This document shows positions 48,100-61,325 of a stretch of DNA of 64,000 bases, piece by piece. Position numbers and translations under genes: made by a program. Numbering within the stretch: position 1 is the stretch's first letter; each line of letters begins with the position of its first letter. The notes below the pieces were generated by a model. The model was not told where the DNA came from. It searched no databases and worked only from the letters and a program-made list of their open reading frames with translations. Source of the stretch: Stegostoma tigrinum (lineage: Eukaryota); the NCBI RefSeq assembly GCF_030684315.1, contig NC_081355.1, positions 67,232,924 through 67,296,923 on the forward strand. The letters run 5' to 3'.

Positions 48100-50990
48100 G
48101 GGATGGTTTAAGATGTGTGTACTTCAATGCTAGAAGAAATAAGGCGGATGAACTGAGAGCATGGGTGGCTATTACAGAAACTTGGATAACTCAGGGTCAG
48201 GAATGGTTGTTGGAAGTTCCGGGATTTAGATGCTTTAAAAGAAATAGGGATGGTGGTAAAAGAGGAGGGGGATTGACGTTGTCAATCAGGGCTAGTATAG
48301 CAGCTACTGAAAGCAGCTCGAGAATGATATGTCTACAGAGTCAGTTTGGGTTTAAGTCAAGAAAGGAGCAGTCACTTTGTTGGGGGTCTTTTACAGACCC
48401 GTTAATAGTTGCAGAGAAGAGGAGGAGCAGATTGGGAGGCAGATACTGGAAAGGTGCAGAAGTCGCAGGGTTGCAATCATGTGTGACTTCAGCTTTCTAA
48501 ATATTGATTGGAAAATTTTTAGTTGTAACAGTTTAGTTGGAGCTGCTTTTGCCCAGTGCATTCAGGAAGGATCCCTGACACAGTATGTAGATAGACCAAC
48601 ACGAGGAAAGGCCACTTTGGATTTGGTGCTTGGCAATGAACCAGGCCAAGTGTTAGACCTGTTGGTAGGAGAGCACTTTGGTAGTAGTGATCTTAACTCT
48701 GTTACTTTTACAATAGTCATGGAAAAGGATAGGCACGTACAGCAGGGTAAGGTTTATAATTGGGGGAAGAGTAATTACAATTCTGTTAGGCAAGAACTGG
48801 GTAACATAAAATGGGAACAGATGCTATCAGGAAAGAGGACTATTGAAGTATAGCAATTGTTTAAGGAATGCATACTGTGTGTGCTCGATATGTTCATCTC
48901 TAGCAGGCAGGGAAGATGTGGTCAAGTGAGGGGCCCTTGGTTCTCAAGAGAGGTTGAACGACTGATTAAGGGGAAGAAGGAGGCTTATGTAAGGTTTGAG
49001 AAACAAGGGACGGAAAAGGCTCTAGATGATTACAAGTTAGCCAGGAAAGAGCTGAAGAAAAGGCTTAGGAGAGCGATAAGAGGGCATGAGAAAACCTTGG
49101 CAGATAGGATCAAGGAAAACTCCAAATCTTTTTACACGTACGTGAGGAATAAGAAAATGGTCAGAGAAAGGGTAGGGCCAATCAAGGATTGTAAAAGGAG
49201 TTTGTGCACGGAGACTAAAGAGATAGGCAATGTCCTTAATGAATACTTTTCTTTGGTATTCACAACTGAGAGGGACCTGGTTGTAGAGGAGGACATCGTG
49301 AAACAATCTGGTAGGCTAGAGGAGGTTGATGTTAGTAAGGAAGATGTACTAGGAATTTTGTTGAAATTGAAGATAGCTAAATCCTTCAGGCCTGATGGGA
49401 TTCATCCAAGGATTCTATGGGAAGCAAGGGAAGAGATCGTAGAGCCTTTGCCAATGATCTTTTTGTCTTCACTGTCCGTGGGTATAGTGCTGGAAGAGAG
49501 AGGCAAACATCATTCCCTTGTTCAGAAAGGGAATAGGGATAATCCCGGAAATTATAGGCCAGTTAGTCTTATGTCAGTGGTGGGCAAATTATTAGAAAGG
49601 ACTCTGAGACACAGGATGTATGATCACTTGGGCAGACACAGTTTGATTTGTGATAGTCAGCATTGATTTGTGAGGGGTAGATCATGCCTCACAAACCTTA
49701 TTGAATTCTTTGAAGAGGTGACCAAATACGTGGATGACAGTAGAGCAGTCGATGTGGTATACATGGATTTAAGTAAGGCATTTGATAAGGTTCCCCATGG
49801 GAACAGATGCTATCAGGAAAGAGGACTATTGAAGGAATGCATACTGTGTGTGCTCGATATGTTCATCTCTAGCAGGCAGGGAAGATGCGGTCAAGTGAGG
49901 GGCCCTTGGTTCTCAAGAGAGGTTGAATGACTGATTAAGGGGAAGAAGGAGGCTTATGTAAGGTTTGAGAAACAAGGGACGGAAAAGGGCCATTCAGAAA
50001 GTAAGGAGGCATGGTATAGGGGAAAATGTGGCAGATTGGATTCAGAATTGGCTGACTTGTTGAAGATGACAGAAAATATTTAACATGGTGCTCAGTTATG
50101 AGTGGTTTACCACAATGATCTGTTCTGGGTCCTCTTCTGTTTGTGATTTTTATAAATGATTTGGATAAAGGAGTGGAAGGGTGGATTAGTAAGTTTGCAG
50201 ATGATATGAAGGTGGGTCGAGTTGTGGATAATGCGGAGGGCTGTTCTAGGTTACAATGGGACATTGATAGGCTGCAGAGCTGGGCTGAGAAGTGGCAGAT
50301 GGAGTTTAACCCTGAAAAGTGTGAAGTGATCAATTTTGGAAGGACAAACTTGAAAGTGGAATACAGGGTTAACCTGGCAGTGTGGAGGAGCAGAGGGTTC
50401 TTGTGGTTCATGTTCACAGTTCTTGAAAGCTGCCACCTAGGTGGATAGAGTTGTTAAGAAAGCATATGGTGTGTTAGCTTTCATTAACAGAGAGATTGAG
50501 TTCAAGAGCTGTGAAGTTATGCTCCAACTATGCAAAAGCGTGGTTCAGCCACATCTGGAGTATTGTGTCCAGTTCTGGTTACCTCGTTACAGGAAAAATG
50601 TGGAAACGTTGGAAAAGGTGCAGAGGAGATTTACCACGATGTTGCCTGGAATGGAGGAAAGGTCTTATGAGGAAAGGTTGAGAGAGCTAGGGCTTTTCTC
50701 TTTAGGATGACGATGGATGAGAGGTGACTTGCTAGAGGTGTACAAAATGATCAGATGTATAGATAGAGTAGACAGCCAGAGATATTTTTCCTAGGGTGGA
50801 GGTAATTATTATGAAGGGGCATAGTTTTAAAGTGAGTGGAGGTAGAAATATGGGAGACGTCAGAGGTAGGTTCTTTACTCAGAGATTGGTAGGGGCATGG
50901 AATGCATTGCCCGGGGAGGATAGTGGAGTCGGTCTCATTAGGGGTATTTAGGTGTCTATTGGATAGGCATATGGATGATAATGAAAGGTC
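48100..50990 (+). pseudogene. CR1 ORF2 (APE endonuclease + RT), fragmented
   Basis: CVYFNAR, AITETW, GVFYRP, LDLVL, GSSD, NYRPVSL, KAFDKVPH, KFADD. Confidence 0.93.
49797..49988 (+). repeat. Internal templated copy of 48811-49019 inserted in the RT domain
   Basis: Near-identical direct copy with a 17-bp internal deletion. Confidence 0.93.
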
Positions 50991-53439
50991 AGCATGGAGG
51001 TTAGATAGACCTTAGGCTTAGGGTAAAAGTTTGGCATAATATTGTGGGCTGAAGAGCCTGTACTGTGCCATACTGTTCTATGTTCAGTATATTTCAGGCT
51101 AAGACAATGTCTTCAGGAAAGGAGTTAAGTGTTGTAGGGACACTCCTTTCAGAAAAAAATGACAGCATTCCAGACTCAACAATGTTTAGTCACATTTTAT
51201 TGTGGTGATCCAAAATATTCATTAAGTCATTGCTTGATGTCTAGAAGTGATCTATTTAAATTAATGCCCATGCAATTAAATCATGTAGTGCTCTAAGCTC
51301 ATCAATTGCAAACATTGATTTCCTTTTAAAACTCTCAACAGTATTCAACTGAGTTGGATTCTACTTAATTGCTCCTCAGTCCCTTTCTTTACACCCTTGC
51401 CTCATCCTACTCTACTTGGTCCTGGATTCTTCAGTACTATCTGCTCCCCTCTATTCCCAGCACTCTCTGTTTCTCTCTTCCACCATTGCTTCTGCTCACC
51501 ATTGTTCAATTGAAATCATTGTAAATCAACTGCAAAATAAGAAAGTTGAAATAAAATCTTGATTGGTTTAGAAACCATCAAATGTAGGAAAAACGCAGGG
51601 AGAAGAATGTTACAAAAAACTAGGATTGTCTCACAAGAAAGAAAGAACTCAGACAACTCTGAAATATTTTGCGAAGTCCCTGGTTGCAACGATGATGGTT
51701 TAACAGAGCCAAATCACAAAAATGTTCATTGTAGCAATATGAGTATTAGTTATAGTGGTTGTTGTAATTACTACAATTTGTCATTATACTGTAATATACT
51801 GTTGTCATATATCTTGTTATAGTCCTCATACCTCCATCCCCCTCACCTCTCTTCCTGCCTGTTCCCTTTTGCCCAAATTCCTTTCTCTTCCGTGTTATCC
51901 CTTCTCCAACAGAACCCATTCCACACTTCTCTCAAACAATGCCATTCCATACAGTGTCCTCCAGTGCCCTGCCTGCCCTCTATTCCCAGCACCACACACT
52001 ACTCTCTCCCCATGCCATTGCTGCCCCTACCATCCTCTTCTCTTTTTGACTCCAATCCCCTCTCCATGCTCCTCTCTACCCTCCCTTTTCTCTTGACTAT
52101 ACACCTTCCCCTTTCTTCCCCCTCATGAGAAAGGGGACAGTTGTTAACCCTGAAACTGGCAGAGGGAATGCTTGTGTCCCTGAACCTGAGGCAGTGGGTG
52201 TGTCCCTTAGACCTGTGGGCTGTTGGGTGGGGGTTTAGGCATTCAGGTGTAATCCAGTACATTCCTGGCAGACCTTATGGGGTCCAGCATGAGTTTTGGG
52301 TGGTCTGATGGTCTAGGCTCCTGGCACTTTGGAAAAGGGGTTTGGCAGAGATTTAGAAGGTTGAGGAGAGCCGTAAGATTGTGGTTCTGAGACTTTCATT
52401 GGGTGGTAGAGCTTTGACTTAACAATTTCTTTTTTATTAACAATGTATTCTTACCACTTTCTTGCTATGCTCCTCTATGTGTAAGCTTTGCTTGGAAGTT
52501 AGATTTTATTGGACAGTAGCACAGCTTAGATATTGGGCAGGACCACACTCTGGGTTATGGTGACTCCTGGCAGCAGCTTATTAACCTCCTTGTCATTATG
52601 CCTGGCAAGCTTGAGGTGGTGGGAGTTAAGTGGGCCTCTATCCTCATCTTGGATTATCTTGGCCCCTGAGCTCCAGAATCTCAGTGTTCAGGTACCTGGG
52701 AACAGAAGCCAAGTAGCGAATGAATGTTGATGTGAATGGATGGTGAGTGGCTGGTGTTTCCCATGGATCTTCTGCCTTTGTCCTACTCGACTGGTGGGGG
52801 TCAAGGTTTGGGAAGATACTGTCGAAGGAGTTTTGACGAGTTGATGAGTTGCTGGTTTTAATTTTTTCATCATATACTGTTAAATTTAATACCTCTGCTC
52901 TCTTATCTCCCCAACCTCGGCACATTTATTTTGATGACTATTTATGTATGGCCTATTGCTCTAGCAAAGTATCCTTGTATTTCTTTTCTGTTCGGAGTTG
53001 GTCATCTTGGAAGAGTGGGAATGTGGGGGTCATTCTGGTGGTATGGGTACAGTGATAAACCTAATGGAGTGGGCAATGGGCACTGGAGATTGATCATAAA
53101 GAAGGGTAACTTTTTCAGTGGAAATGGAAGGGGTGACAGAACCTGCTGCCAATGAAAATTGAAAATGCTCAGTAAGATTTGTTTACTTTTGTTATTATCA
53201 TAGGCTATAGGGAGCTGTGTTTGATGGCTGTATGCCTGATACACAGATATGACAAGCTGTGATCACTTTTGATCACTCATAATCGTTTAACATGTTGTGA
53301 TCACTTTCAATCATATTACTGCTTAAAATGATTTCTTGCAATCATGATTCATTCCAGGTTACACTATTTGATGCCCATTGATGCCTCCTGTCATTCTGAG
53401 GTTTCCAGAACATGACTAAATGCTCAGTCTTTCTTCTGG

Positions 53440-54600
53440 TAGGGGCACAAGAACACGAATAGCCCATTTACCCCCTTGAATCTGTTCTCTCAATTGGTGA
53501 GATTATAGTCATTTAGCAACCTATCTCCACATACATCCAAAGGCCTCATATCCTTTAATAATTTGGGAAAATAACAGGAATTTATCACTTTTATGACTCA
53601 CTGTTTGTTTAGTAAAACTTACCATGCACAGAACAGAGTTTCAAACATTTACCACCCTTTGCATGAAGGAGTGTTTTCAAATTTTACTCCTGACATGGAT
53701 AGGTCTGCTATTTTAATGGTGGCCTTGCCCTTGGATTCCAGGTACTATTCTAGTAAATTGATGCTGTACTCCATCCAAGCTAAAAATATCCTTCAGAGAA
53801 CTCTCTGATGAAGGGCCTAGGCCCGAAACGTCAGCTTTTGTGCTCCTGAGATGCTGTTGGCCTGCTGTGTTCATCCAGCTCCACAATGTATTATCTTAAA
53901 AATATCCTTTCTAAGTTATGAGACCCAGAACTGGTACTGGTCTTCTGGGGACTGATCCCTATAACAGCCCCCTGGTGTATTTGAATGTTTGAGGCTTGTA
54001 AAGTGAAACAGGTAGCTTGCCTCCACCTTCATACCCACCCAGGGACTGACTCCCAATTTATGATGGACAGGCAAAGCATTAGGCAGCCCACCAGCCAGGA
54101 GTAATCTGTTTGGCCGGCGACACTCAAAGGCAGGACAGCATCCCAGGTGGGAGTGGGAGTCCCACTCTGAATTCATTAATGTTACCCTAAGCATAATATT
54201 TCTGCAGGGCAGCTACTTTCTGCAAGATGAAGGACTGATAAACAAAATAAGACCAGCTGGCAGGGTAATCTGGCATCCTGAAAAAGATTATGCTTTAAAA
54301 AAAACGCTGAGATGTAACTCCTATCACGTGCACTCTCGCCATTTCATAATAAAGGCCAGCATTCCATTTGCCTTTTTGATTAGTTTCTGTACCTCTTCAT
54401 GACATTTTAATAATCAAAGTACCTGGATCAAGAGGGTTTAAATCTCCACGGCTTATAATTTTTTTATTATTTAGAAAGTGCACTGTTCCAGATCTTTCAG
54501 GTCCACTGAATGACTTCAACTTGGCCTATGTCGAAAACCAACCGATCCAACAGTTTTTCTATTCACTTAATTTATCAATAACTCTCTAAATTTAAGTTTT
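53440..54600 (-). mobile_element. Old CR1 3' portion (minus), interrupted
   Basis: CR1 3' UTR at ~53445 and GGCCAGCATTCCATTTGCCTT (KANGML) remnant at 54355. Confidence 0.6.
53794..53896 (+). mobile_element. Minimal ~103-bp hammerhead-only PLE insertion with 13-bp TSD and 7-bp 5' micro fold-back
   Basis: TSD TAAAAATATCCTT at 53781-53793 and 53897-53909; TCAGAGA-AC-TCTCTGA hairpin; core 53805-53832. Confidence 0.9.
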
Positions 54601-54780
54601 TTTTGAGCGACCTGTTCTGATATGCTATGACAAACCTCTGGGAAAGGTAGTATTTGAACTTGGACCTTCTGATCCAAAGGTAGGGACATTACCTCACACC
54701 ACAAAGCTCTCACTGTTGATTTTTTAAAAACTTTTTTTACAATTTTTCTTTCTTATCAGAAGTGTTCTTATACATAACTG

Positions 54781-54910
54781 AGAGATAGTAAGAATTGCCA
54801 ATGCTGGAGTCAGGCATAACACAGTGTAGAGCTGGAGGAGCACAGCAGGCCAGGCAGCATCAGAGGAATAGGAAAGTTGACGTTTCAGGTTGGGACCTTT
54901 CTTCAGAAAG
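54781..54910 (-). mobile_element. Short PLE-terminus/hammerhead insertion with tail, 10-bp TSD
   Basis: TSD TACATAACTG at 54771-54780 and 54911-54920; minus CTGAAGAAAGGTCCCAACCTGAAACGTCAAC. Confidence 0.88.
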
Positions 54911-55215
54911 TACATAACTGTATATCTTTCCCCCTTCACCAATTCACAGGGGTGTATTTTTTTTTCATCTATTAACCACTGCCAATAAATCACTGTTCTT
55001 TAAATGATTAATTTAAGCCTGTTAAGGGCGTTGCAGACCACAAAATGCGAGGTAGATGTAGGGAGAAGGGGAGAGAACTATATCAAAATGGAGGGAAACA
55101 CACTGCTTGTTATGCCAAATATCCTTTAATGAGCAGAATTTACTTCATATTATGAAGTAATCCAGGATATACTGGCCAATACATTTTATCCCTACTCTTT
55201 GACCATATAAAACAG

Positions 55216-55310
55216 ATGCTTCTCTGAGCATTAAGATTCTGCACCTCAAGTCCAATGTACAAAGGGGTGAAAAGATCAGAAAATGCACTGTATATTCAAT
55301 GATAACATTT
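55216..55310 (+). other. Candidate exon
   Basis: Pyrimidine-rich upstream + aacag acceptor, TTT|gtaagt donor, one open frame (ASLSIKILHLKSNVQRGEKIRKCTVYSMITF). Confidence 0.2.
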
Positions 55311-56211
55311 GTAAGTAGTGTTCACTGTTGTTTTCTTTTGATGTTCAGTTAAAAATACTCTGAACATGCAATTATCATAAATAAGAAAGAAAAAAACTGC
55401 CTAAATGATCCATTGCTTTAAGGGACTGAACTTACGACTAATTATTGTTCATTATGGGAGCATGGTGTACTTAAGTGTTACTTACATCATCATGGATTCA
55501 AGAACTCATTCATAATGACTACATTTAATGCATGTTTATTGCATTCACTGCATCTCATACTAGTCAACAACAAAAATGATTACACTTAACAAACATTTCG
55601 TCCAATATCTATTCTGAGCTAATACAAGAACAAATGTTCAGCCTCCACACAATATTGTAATAAAACAGATTGTTCTGGAAATGTTCAGCATGTCAGGCTT
55701 TATCTTGTAGAGTGGAACAATGAAGAGTCACTGATATGAAACCTTGGTTCAAATTTTCTGGTCATCAGCAATTGCTCGCAATTAAAACTGTGGTCTTGCC
55801 ACTTCCTGTTGGAGGTTTGTGGCCAACTGTCAGCCAATAACAGAGACAGTACTGGTGTTTGAGCTGGTCTTTATCGCCAAGCTGGAAAAACACTGAGGCC
55901 AGCCCCTTTGAATGTCATCAGAAAGGTCTATTCCTTTGAAGTTGCAGGGTATTTTCAATTTAAATTGAACAGTGAACGATCTGGATCTTCATTTGAGGTA
56001 CTAATGTATCAACAGCTCACAGCTGAGCATCATTTGCAAAATACTAGACAGTTACAGGTGACCTTATTTTAAAGCTTCCAGAAAGCGGAAATTATGTTTT
56101 TATTACTTTTGGTGTAAAAATAACAGATGGATTAGAAACAGTATGAGATTAATTTTAATCTTATTGCTAATGGTTCTTAATTCTGAAATGCAACATCGTT
56201 CTGTTACACAG

Positions 56212-56331
56212 AGGAAACCTCATTTTCCAAATGAAAATTACAGAAACTCAAAGTTGGGTTGCAAAACCTCCAAAAATGATTTGTCAAGACTAACTCTTTA
56301 CTCCTGTATGATGTTATATGCTTGACAGGAG
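56212..56331 (+). other. Candidate (non-coding?) exon
   Basis: ttctgttacacag acceptor and GAG|gtaagt donor; stops in all three frames. Confidence 0.2.
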
Positions 56332-56814
56332 GTAAGTAAATTGTGATGTTTGTGCTGGACAATACCTTTAATAACACTCATCTCAGTGATGTCCTTGCTG
56401 GAGCTAATTCCAGTGTTATTCAATTTGTGCAGCTGATGCTGACTGAGATGAGCCAGAGATTCCCTCATTTTTTGAAATATTTGGAACCTTGATTAACGTA
56501 GCTGCATTTACTCCTACCATGTTACCACTACCTAGCTGCCTCAGATTCTGGCAGTGACTTAGTAGGATAGTAGCCTGTCTGTCACAAAGGACATGGTTTG
56601 GGATTCGTCCAAAACACTTGAGTACGTAAATTGGTTTGAACATAGACGGTACAGCTGAACACAGGAGTGAGGTGAATATCAAGGCAGGACTTGATGAGAA
56701 AAACTGGAGTCAATGGAAATCCGAGCTGGTGCTCTCAATTTGTTAGCATAATACCCAACACAAAGGAAGATATTTGTGATTTGTGGAGGCCAATTATTTC
56801 ATCTCCAAGACCAT

Positions 56815-57435
56815 GAAACATGTCAATCAGCAGATTGAGTCTGCTCCACCATCCAATGAGATTATGGCTGAATTGATGATCCTTAACTCCACTTTCCAAT
56901 CCTTCTGCCACAGCCCTTGATTTCTTTACTGATTAGATATCTGTCTATCTTAGCCTTGAATATACTTAATGTCCCAGCCTCCACAACGTTCTGTGTTGAA
57001 GAACTCCACAGATTACTAGCTCTTATAGAAGATATTCGTCTTCATCTCTGTTTTAACTACATGGCTTTTATTTTGAGATAGTGCTTCTGGTCTAAACTCT
57101 ACCACCAGGGGAAACAACATTTAGCATCTACCCTATCATGCCCTCAAAGAATGTTGTATATTTCAAAGAGATTGCCTCTCATTCTTCCAAATTTCAGTGA
57201 GTACGGGCATAATCTCCATAAAGTCACCTCATTAGACCGTCTCCACATACCTGTGACCAGCCTAGTGACCCTTCCTTGGGCTGTCTGTAATGCCAGTATA
57301 TGTTTCCTTGGATAAGGGACCGATAACTGTTCACAGTATTCCAGCTGTGGTCTGGCTAGTGCTTTGTTGAATTTTAGCAAGGCCTTCCTATTTTTATATC
57401 TCATCCTCTTTGAAAAAAGGCCAACATCCATTTAG
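56815..57435 (-). mobile_element. Decayed CR1 3' fragment
   Basis: ALARPQLEYCEQL...RMRGNLFEIYNIL on minus plus CR1 3' UTR. Confidence 0.85.
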
Positions 57436-58739
57436 AATTAAAATTAGATTTTATTGTCACATGCACTTGAGCATAGGAATACAAGAGTACAGTGAACATT
57501 GTACAAAGTCGCCATTTACCAGTGCCATCTTGGTTATAAAACTAGAGTAAAAACAACAAGAGAAACAAAAGAAACAGAACCAAAAATATAGAAAAACATC
57601 CAATCTTAAAGAAAGAAAAAATATCCAGACGTTCTTATAGACCCATCTCAAAAAACCTGAGGGCATTTTGGCTGTCTCCATGCTAGAAAAAGTTAATATA
57701 AATTGCTTCCTAAAATTTCTCAGATCAGCCCTTCAAGCTGAGTCCAAAGCATTGTATGATTGTGTTTTTGAAGTATTTAATAATATATCATTTATCTCAA
57801 TTTGCCATTTAAGATAGTAAATTCAATTTATATATTACAATGTAGAAGAAGGACAAACTTGCTAGTAAATTAGTAAGCTAACACCAGAAAAATACCAGAA
57901 AGCCTGTCAAATTGTAATAAAAACTCGGGAGGCTTTCTGACATCCTTCAAAAAAAGTATCGGACATGTGTACCCAATCAGGTCCACACACATCTCTGCTG
58001 CAAATGAGTTGACCTTAGCATTATAAGGGACACCAGGGATGGACAATAAATACAGCAATGCCAGATCTGTACACAGGTCAAAAATTAAAACTTCATAAAA
58101 GCACTTCATTAACATCCTGAAGCATCTCAAAGCACTCCAAAACCAATGGATTACTTTTGAAATACAGTTCTTAATGACACACACACTCCCTCCCAGCTGT
58201 TGGTTACTGTCGATCAAATACATTCCACAAATGCTGAGTGAAGGTGCATAAATAGCACCAACAGGCGATATAGATTGGTGGTTGCATAGGTAGGCAGGTT
58301 GAAATCTACTTACTTACTAATACCCAAAAAGATAGTCAAGTTTCATATGGGATACAAAAGTCTTATGTTTCCCTGACAAGGTTAAGATTTTAAGACATCA
58401 ATCTCTTCCCCTTTAGATGTCGTGGCTTATTTGTAACTGCTTGACATTTCATAAGTTATCAAACATATCTCAAGATTCAGTAGGAAATTGTGATCAATTG
58501 ACCTGCCATAACATTGCACTGAAAATTGTTTCACCAGTTTAAATGTTTTACCGACGGCAGAAATGCCCCTTCTGAATAATTTAATTGCAAAAGCAAAACA
58601 TTGTGGAAGTTGCAGAAAAGCTTCAGGTGCAAAACATTGATTTTGCCTTTCCTATTACCTGTTGAACTTGAATACTCACCCTTAGTGATCCCTCTGTTTA
58701 AATAATACGTATCTCTTCTATTCTTGCTGCCGGTTTGGA

Positions 58740-58932
58740 ACTCTATCACGCTTTGTTTACTGTTATTGGGTCAAAGTCTAGAATTGCTTTCTGACTAGCA
58801 ACGTGTGTGCACCTACTCCAACTGAAGTGCAGTAGTTCAACAGATGGCTCACCATTATGTTAAGAAGGGCTATTGAAGATTGGAAAGAAATACAGGTCTT
58901 ACTGGCAGTGCCCACGGCCCATGAAAATAAAA
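58740..58932 (+). mobile_element. L2/CR1-superfamily LINE 3' tail
   Basis: GGGTCAAAGTCTAGAA...GCAGTAGTTCAA...GGCTCACCA...GCCCAC...CCATGAAAATAA, collinear with 21910-22078. Confidence 0.6.
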
Positions 58933-59674
58933 CAAGTTCAGGTCAGAATTTATAAAGAGTGCAACATGGAGATATTAAGCAAAGATTGTTTGAATTTTCA
59001 GATTGCATGCTTCCAGCATGTAATAACTTGGTTTGGGTAGCCCTCTGCCATCTATCCTTCTTTCTCCAGTTTTAGATCTAGAGCCTGTCTAGTGATATAG
59101 GATGGACCACAAGTTACCTAAACTGAAGAGCTAATTGTCTTCTGTAACAATGTAGTTTGTTGCATGTTAACAGTATGCAGTTTACATTACCTTGCTCAGG
59201 TTATTTTCTGAGGACTTTCAGGAGCTCCATAGACCCCATTCTCAGTACTTGTGCAAAACCACACTATTTCCACCCAAAGATTGTGTGACATTGTTAGATT
59301 GAATGAAGCTTATTGTAGAATGAACATTAACATCTTCAGTGATTTTGTACAATAGCCTTCTCAAGGACAATTAAAGAGTAGCAACAAATGGTGGTCTTGA
59401 CAACATCTGTATTCCATGAAAGAATGATACAACAATATGTAAGTTATTCCGACGTGATTGAAAGAAAAGCAGGGTCGCTTTCTACATTTCTATATTTCAC
59501 CCTCTGAATGAAAGGAAACAATTTAATTGGTTATCTCATTGTCTATGGGACTTATTCTGTTCACAGGCTGGTTGCCAAGCTTTCCCGCATTCCAATGGTG
59601 ATTATAATTCAAAAAGCATCTTGTAGGTTGTGAAGTGATTTGAGGTATCAGGCATCATGAAACACACAACAGGT

Positions 59675-60905
59675 AGAATTCTCTAAGGAAGTAATGAGCA
59701 AGCTAGACAAAGGAGAGGCAAGTGGATGTGACGTATTTGGATTTGCAGGAGGCCTTTGACAAGGTACTGCACAGGATGCTGCTAAATAAGATAAGAGCCC
59801 ATAGTGTTTGGGCTAAGGCAGTGTCATGGATAGAGGATTAGTGACTGGCAGAAGGCAGAGAATATGGATAAAGTGGTCTTTTCTGGGATGGCAGATGTGA
59901 CTATTGGAGGTTCGCAGGGGTCCATGTTGGGACCGCACTTATTCATGTCATATATTAACCATCTGGATGAAGGAACTGAGGATATTGCTAAGTTTTCAGG
60001 TGAGAAAAAGATAGGTGGAGTGACAGGTAATGTTGAGGAAGCAGGAAGACTGCAGAAGGACCTTGGACAGACGAAGGCGGGGTCAAAGAAGTGGCAGGTA
60101 GAATATAATTGTGTGTGAGGATATGCTGTTTGCTCAAAGAATAAAGACATCAACTATTTTCTAAACAGGGAAAGGTGTCAGAATTCTGAAGCACAAAGGG
60201 ACTTGGGAGTCCCAGTTAAGGCTAACATGAAGGTCCAGATGGCAGTTAGGAAGGAAAATGCAATGTTAATATTCATTTCAAGAGGGCTACAATAGAAGAG
60301 TATACAATATAGATTTACTGTTGATGCTGTATAAGGCTATGGTCACAGCGTATTTAGAATATTATGAGCAGTTTCAGGCTCCATTTACAAGAAAAGATTT
60401 ACTGGATTTGGAGGGGGTGCAGTGGAAGTTTACAAAAATCATCCCGGTGATGAAGCGCATGTCATATGAGGAGCAGTCGAAGATTCTAGCTCTGTACTCA
60501 ATGGAGTTTCAAAGGATGAGGGGGGAATCTGATTAAAACTTAAAGGATACTGAGAGGCCTGGATAGAGTGGATATGGAGAAGATGTTTCTGCCAGTAGGA
60601 CAGATCATGATCCAAGGGCACAGCCTCAGGGTGAAGGCACGACCCTTTAGAACCGAGATGAGGAGGAATTTCTTCAGCCAGAAGGTGGTGAATTCATGAA
60701 CTCATTGCCACAGCAGGCTGCAGAGACCAAATAATTGAATAGGTTTAAGACAGAGATAAATAAGATTTTGATTGGTGAGGGGATCAAGGCTTACAGGGAG
60801 GCGGCAGGAGAATAGGGTTGAGAGATCAGCCATGATTGAATGGCAGAGCAGACTGGATGGACGGAATGACCTATTTCTGCCCCTGTATATTATCGTCTTC
60901 TGCAT
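59675..60905 (+). mobile_element. Decayed CR1 RT and 3' UTR
   Basis: DVTYLDLQEAFDKV, GSQGSMLGPHLF, LYKAMVTAYLEY; CR1 3' UTR. Confidence 0.9.
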
Positions 60906-61031
60906 GATTTTTAATGAATGTTTCCTGTGACATTAAGTTATAACAGGCCTTTAATTGGTGCCACTAAACTGGAATCATCTTCCAATGTAATGGCATGCGG
61001 ACATTCATCCATCCAATACACAAAATCAATT

Positions 61032-61325
61032 AGCGCAGCATAGCGCCTCAGTAGTTTGCATTGAATCCTCACAGTGCCAGGGACCTGGGTTCAATTTTAG
61101 CCTCAGGCAACTGCCTGTGCGGAGTTTGCACATTCTCCACGTGTCTGTGTTGGTTTCCGCCCTGTGCTCTGGTTTCCACCTGCGGTCCAAAGATGTGCAA
61201 GTTAGGTGTATTAGCCACAGGAAATGCAGGGATGGGGGAGGCTGGGTGGGGTGCTTTTCAGAGGATTGGTGTAGACTTGTTGGGCCAAATAGCCTGTTTC
61301 CATACTGTAGGGATTCTATTCTATA
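61032..61325 (+). mobile_element. HE1-type SINE
   Basis: GGGACCTGGGTTCAATT head, V-core, tail CTGTAGGGATTCTATTCTA. Confidence 0.92.

Larger units (their letters stand above)
46535..51085 (+). mobile_element. Near full-length decayed CR1 LINE (5' UTR, ORF1, ORF2, 3' tail)
   Basis: ORF1 and ORF2 motifs in order; tail TGTTCTATGTTC; 5' boundary approximate. Confidence 0.92.
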
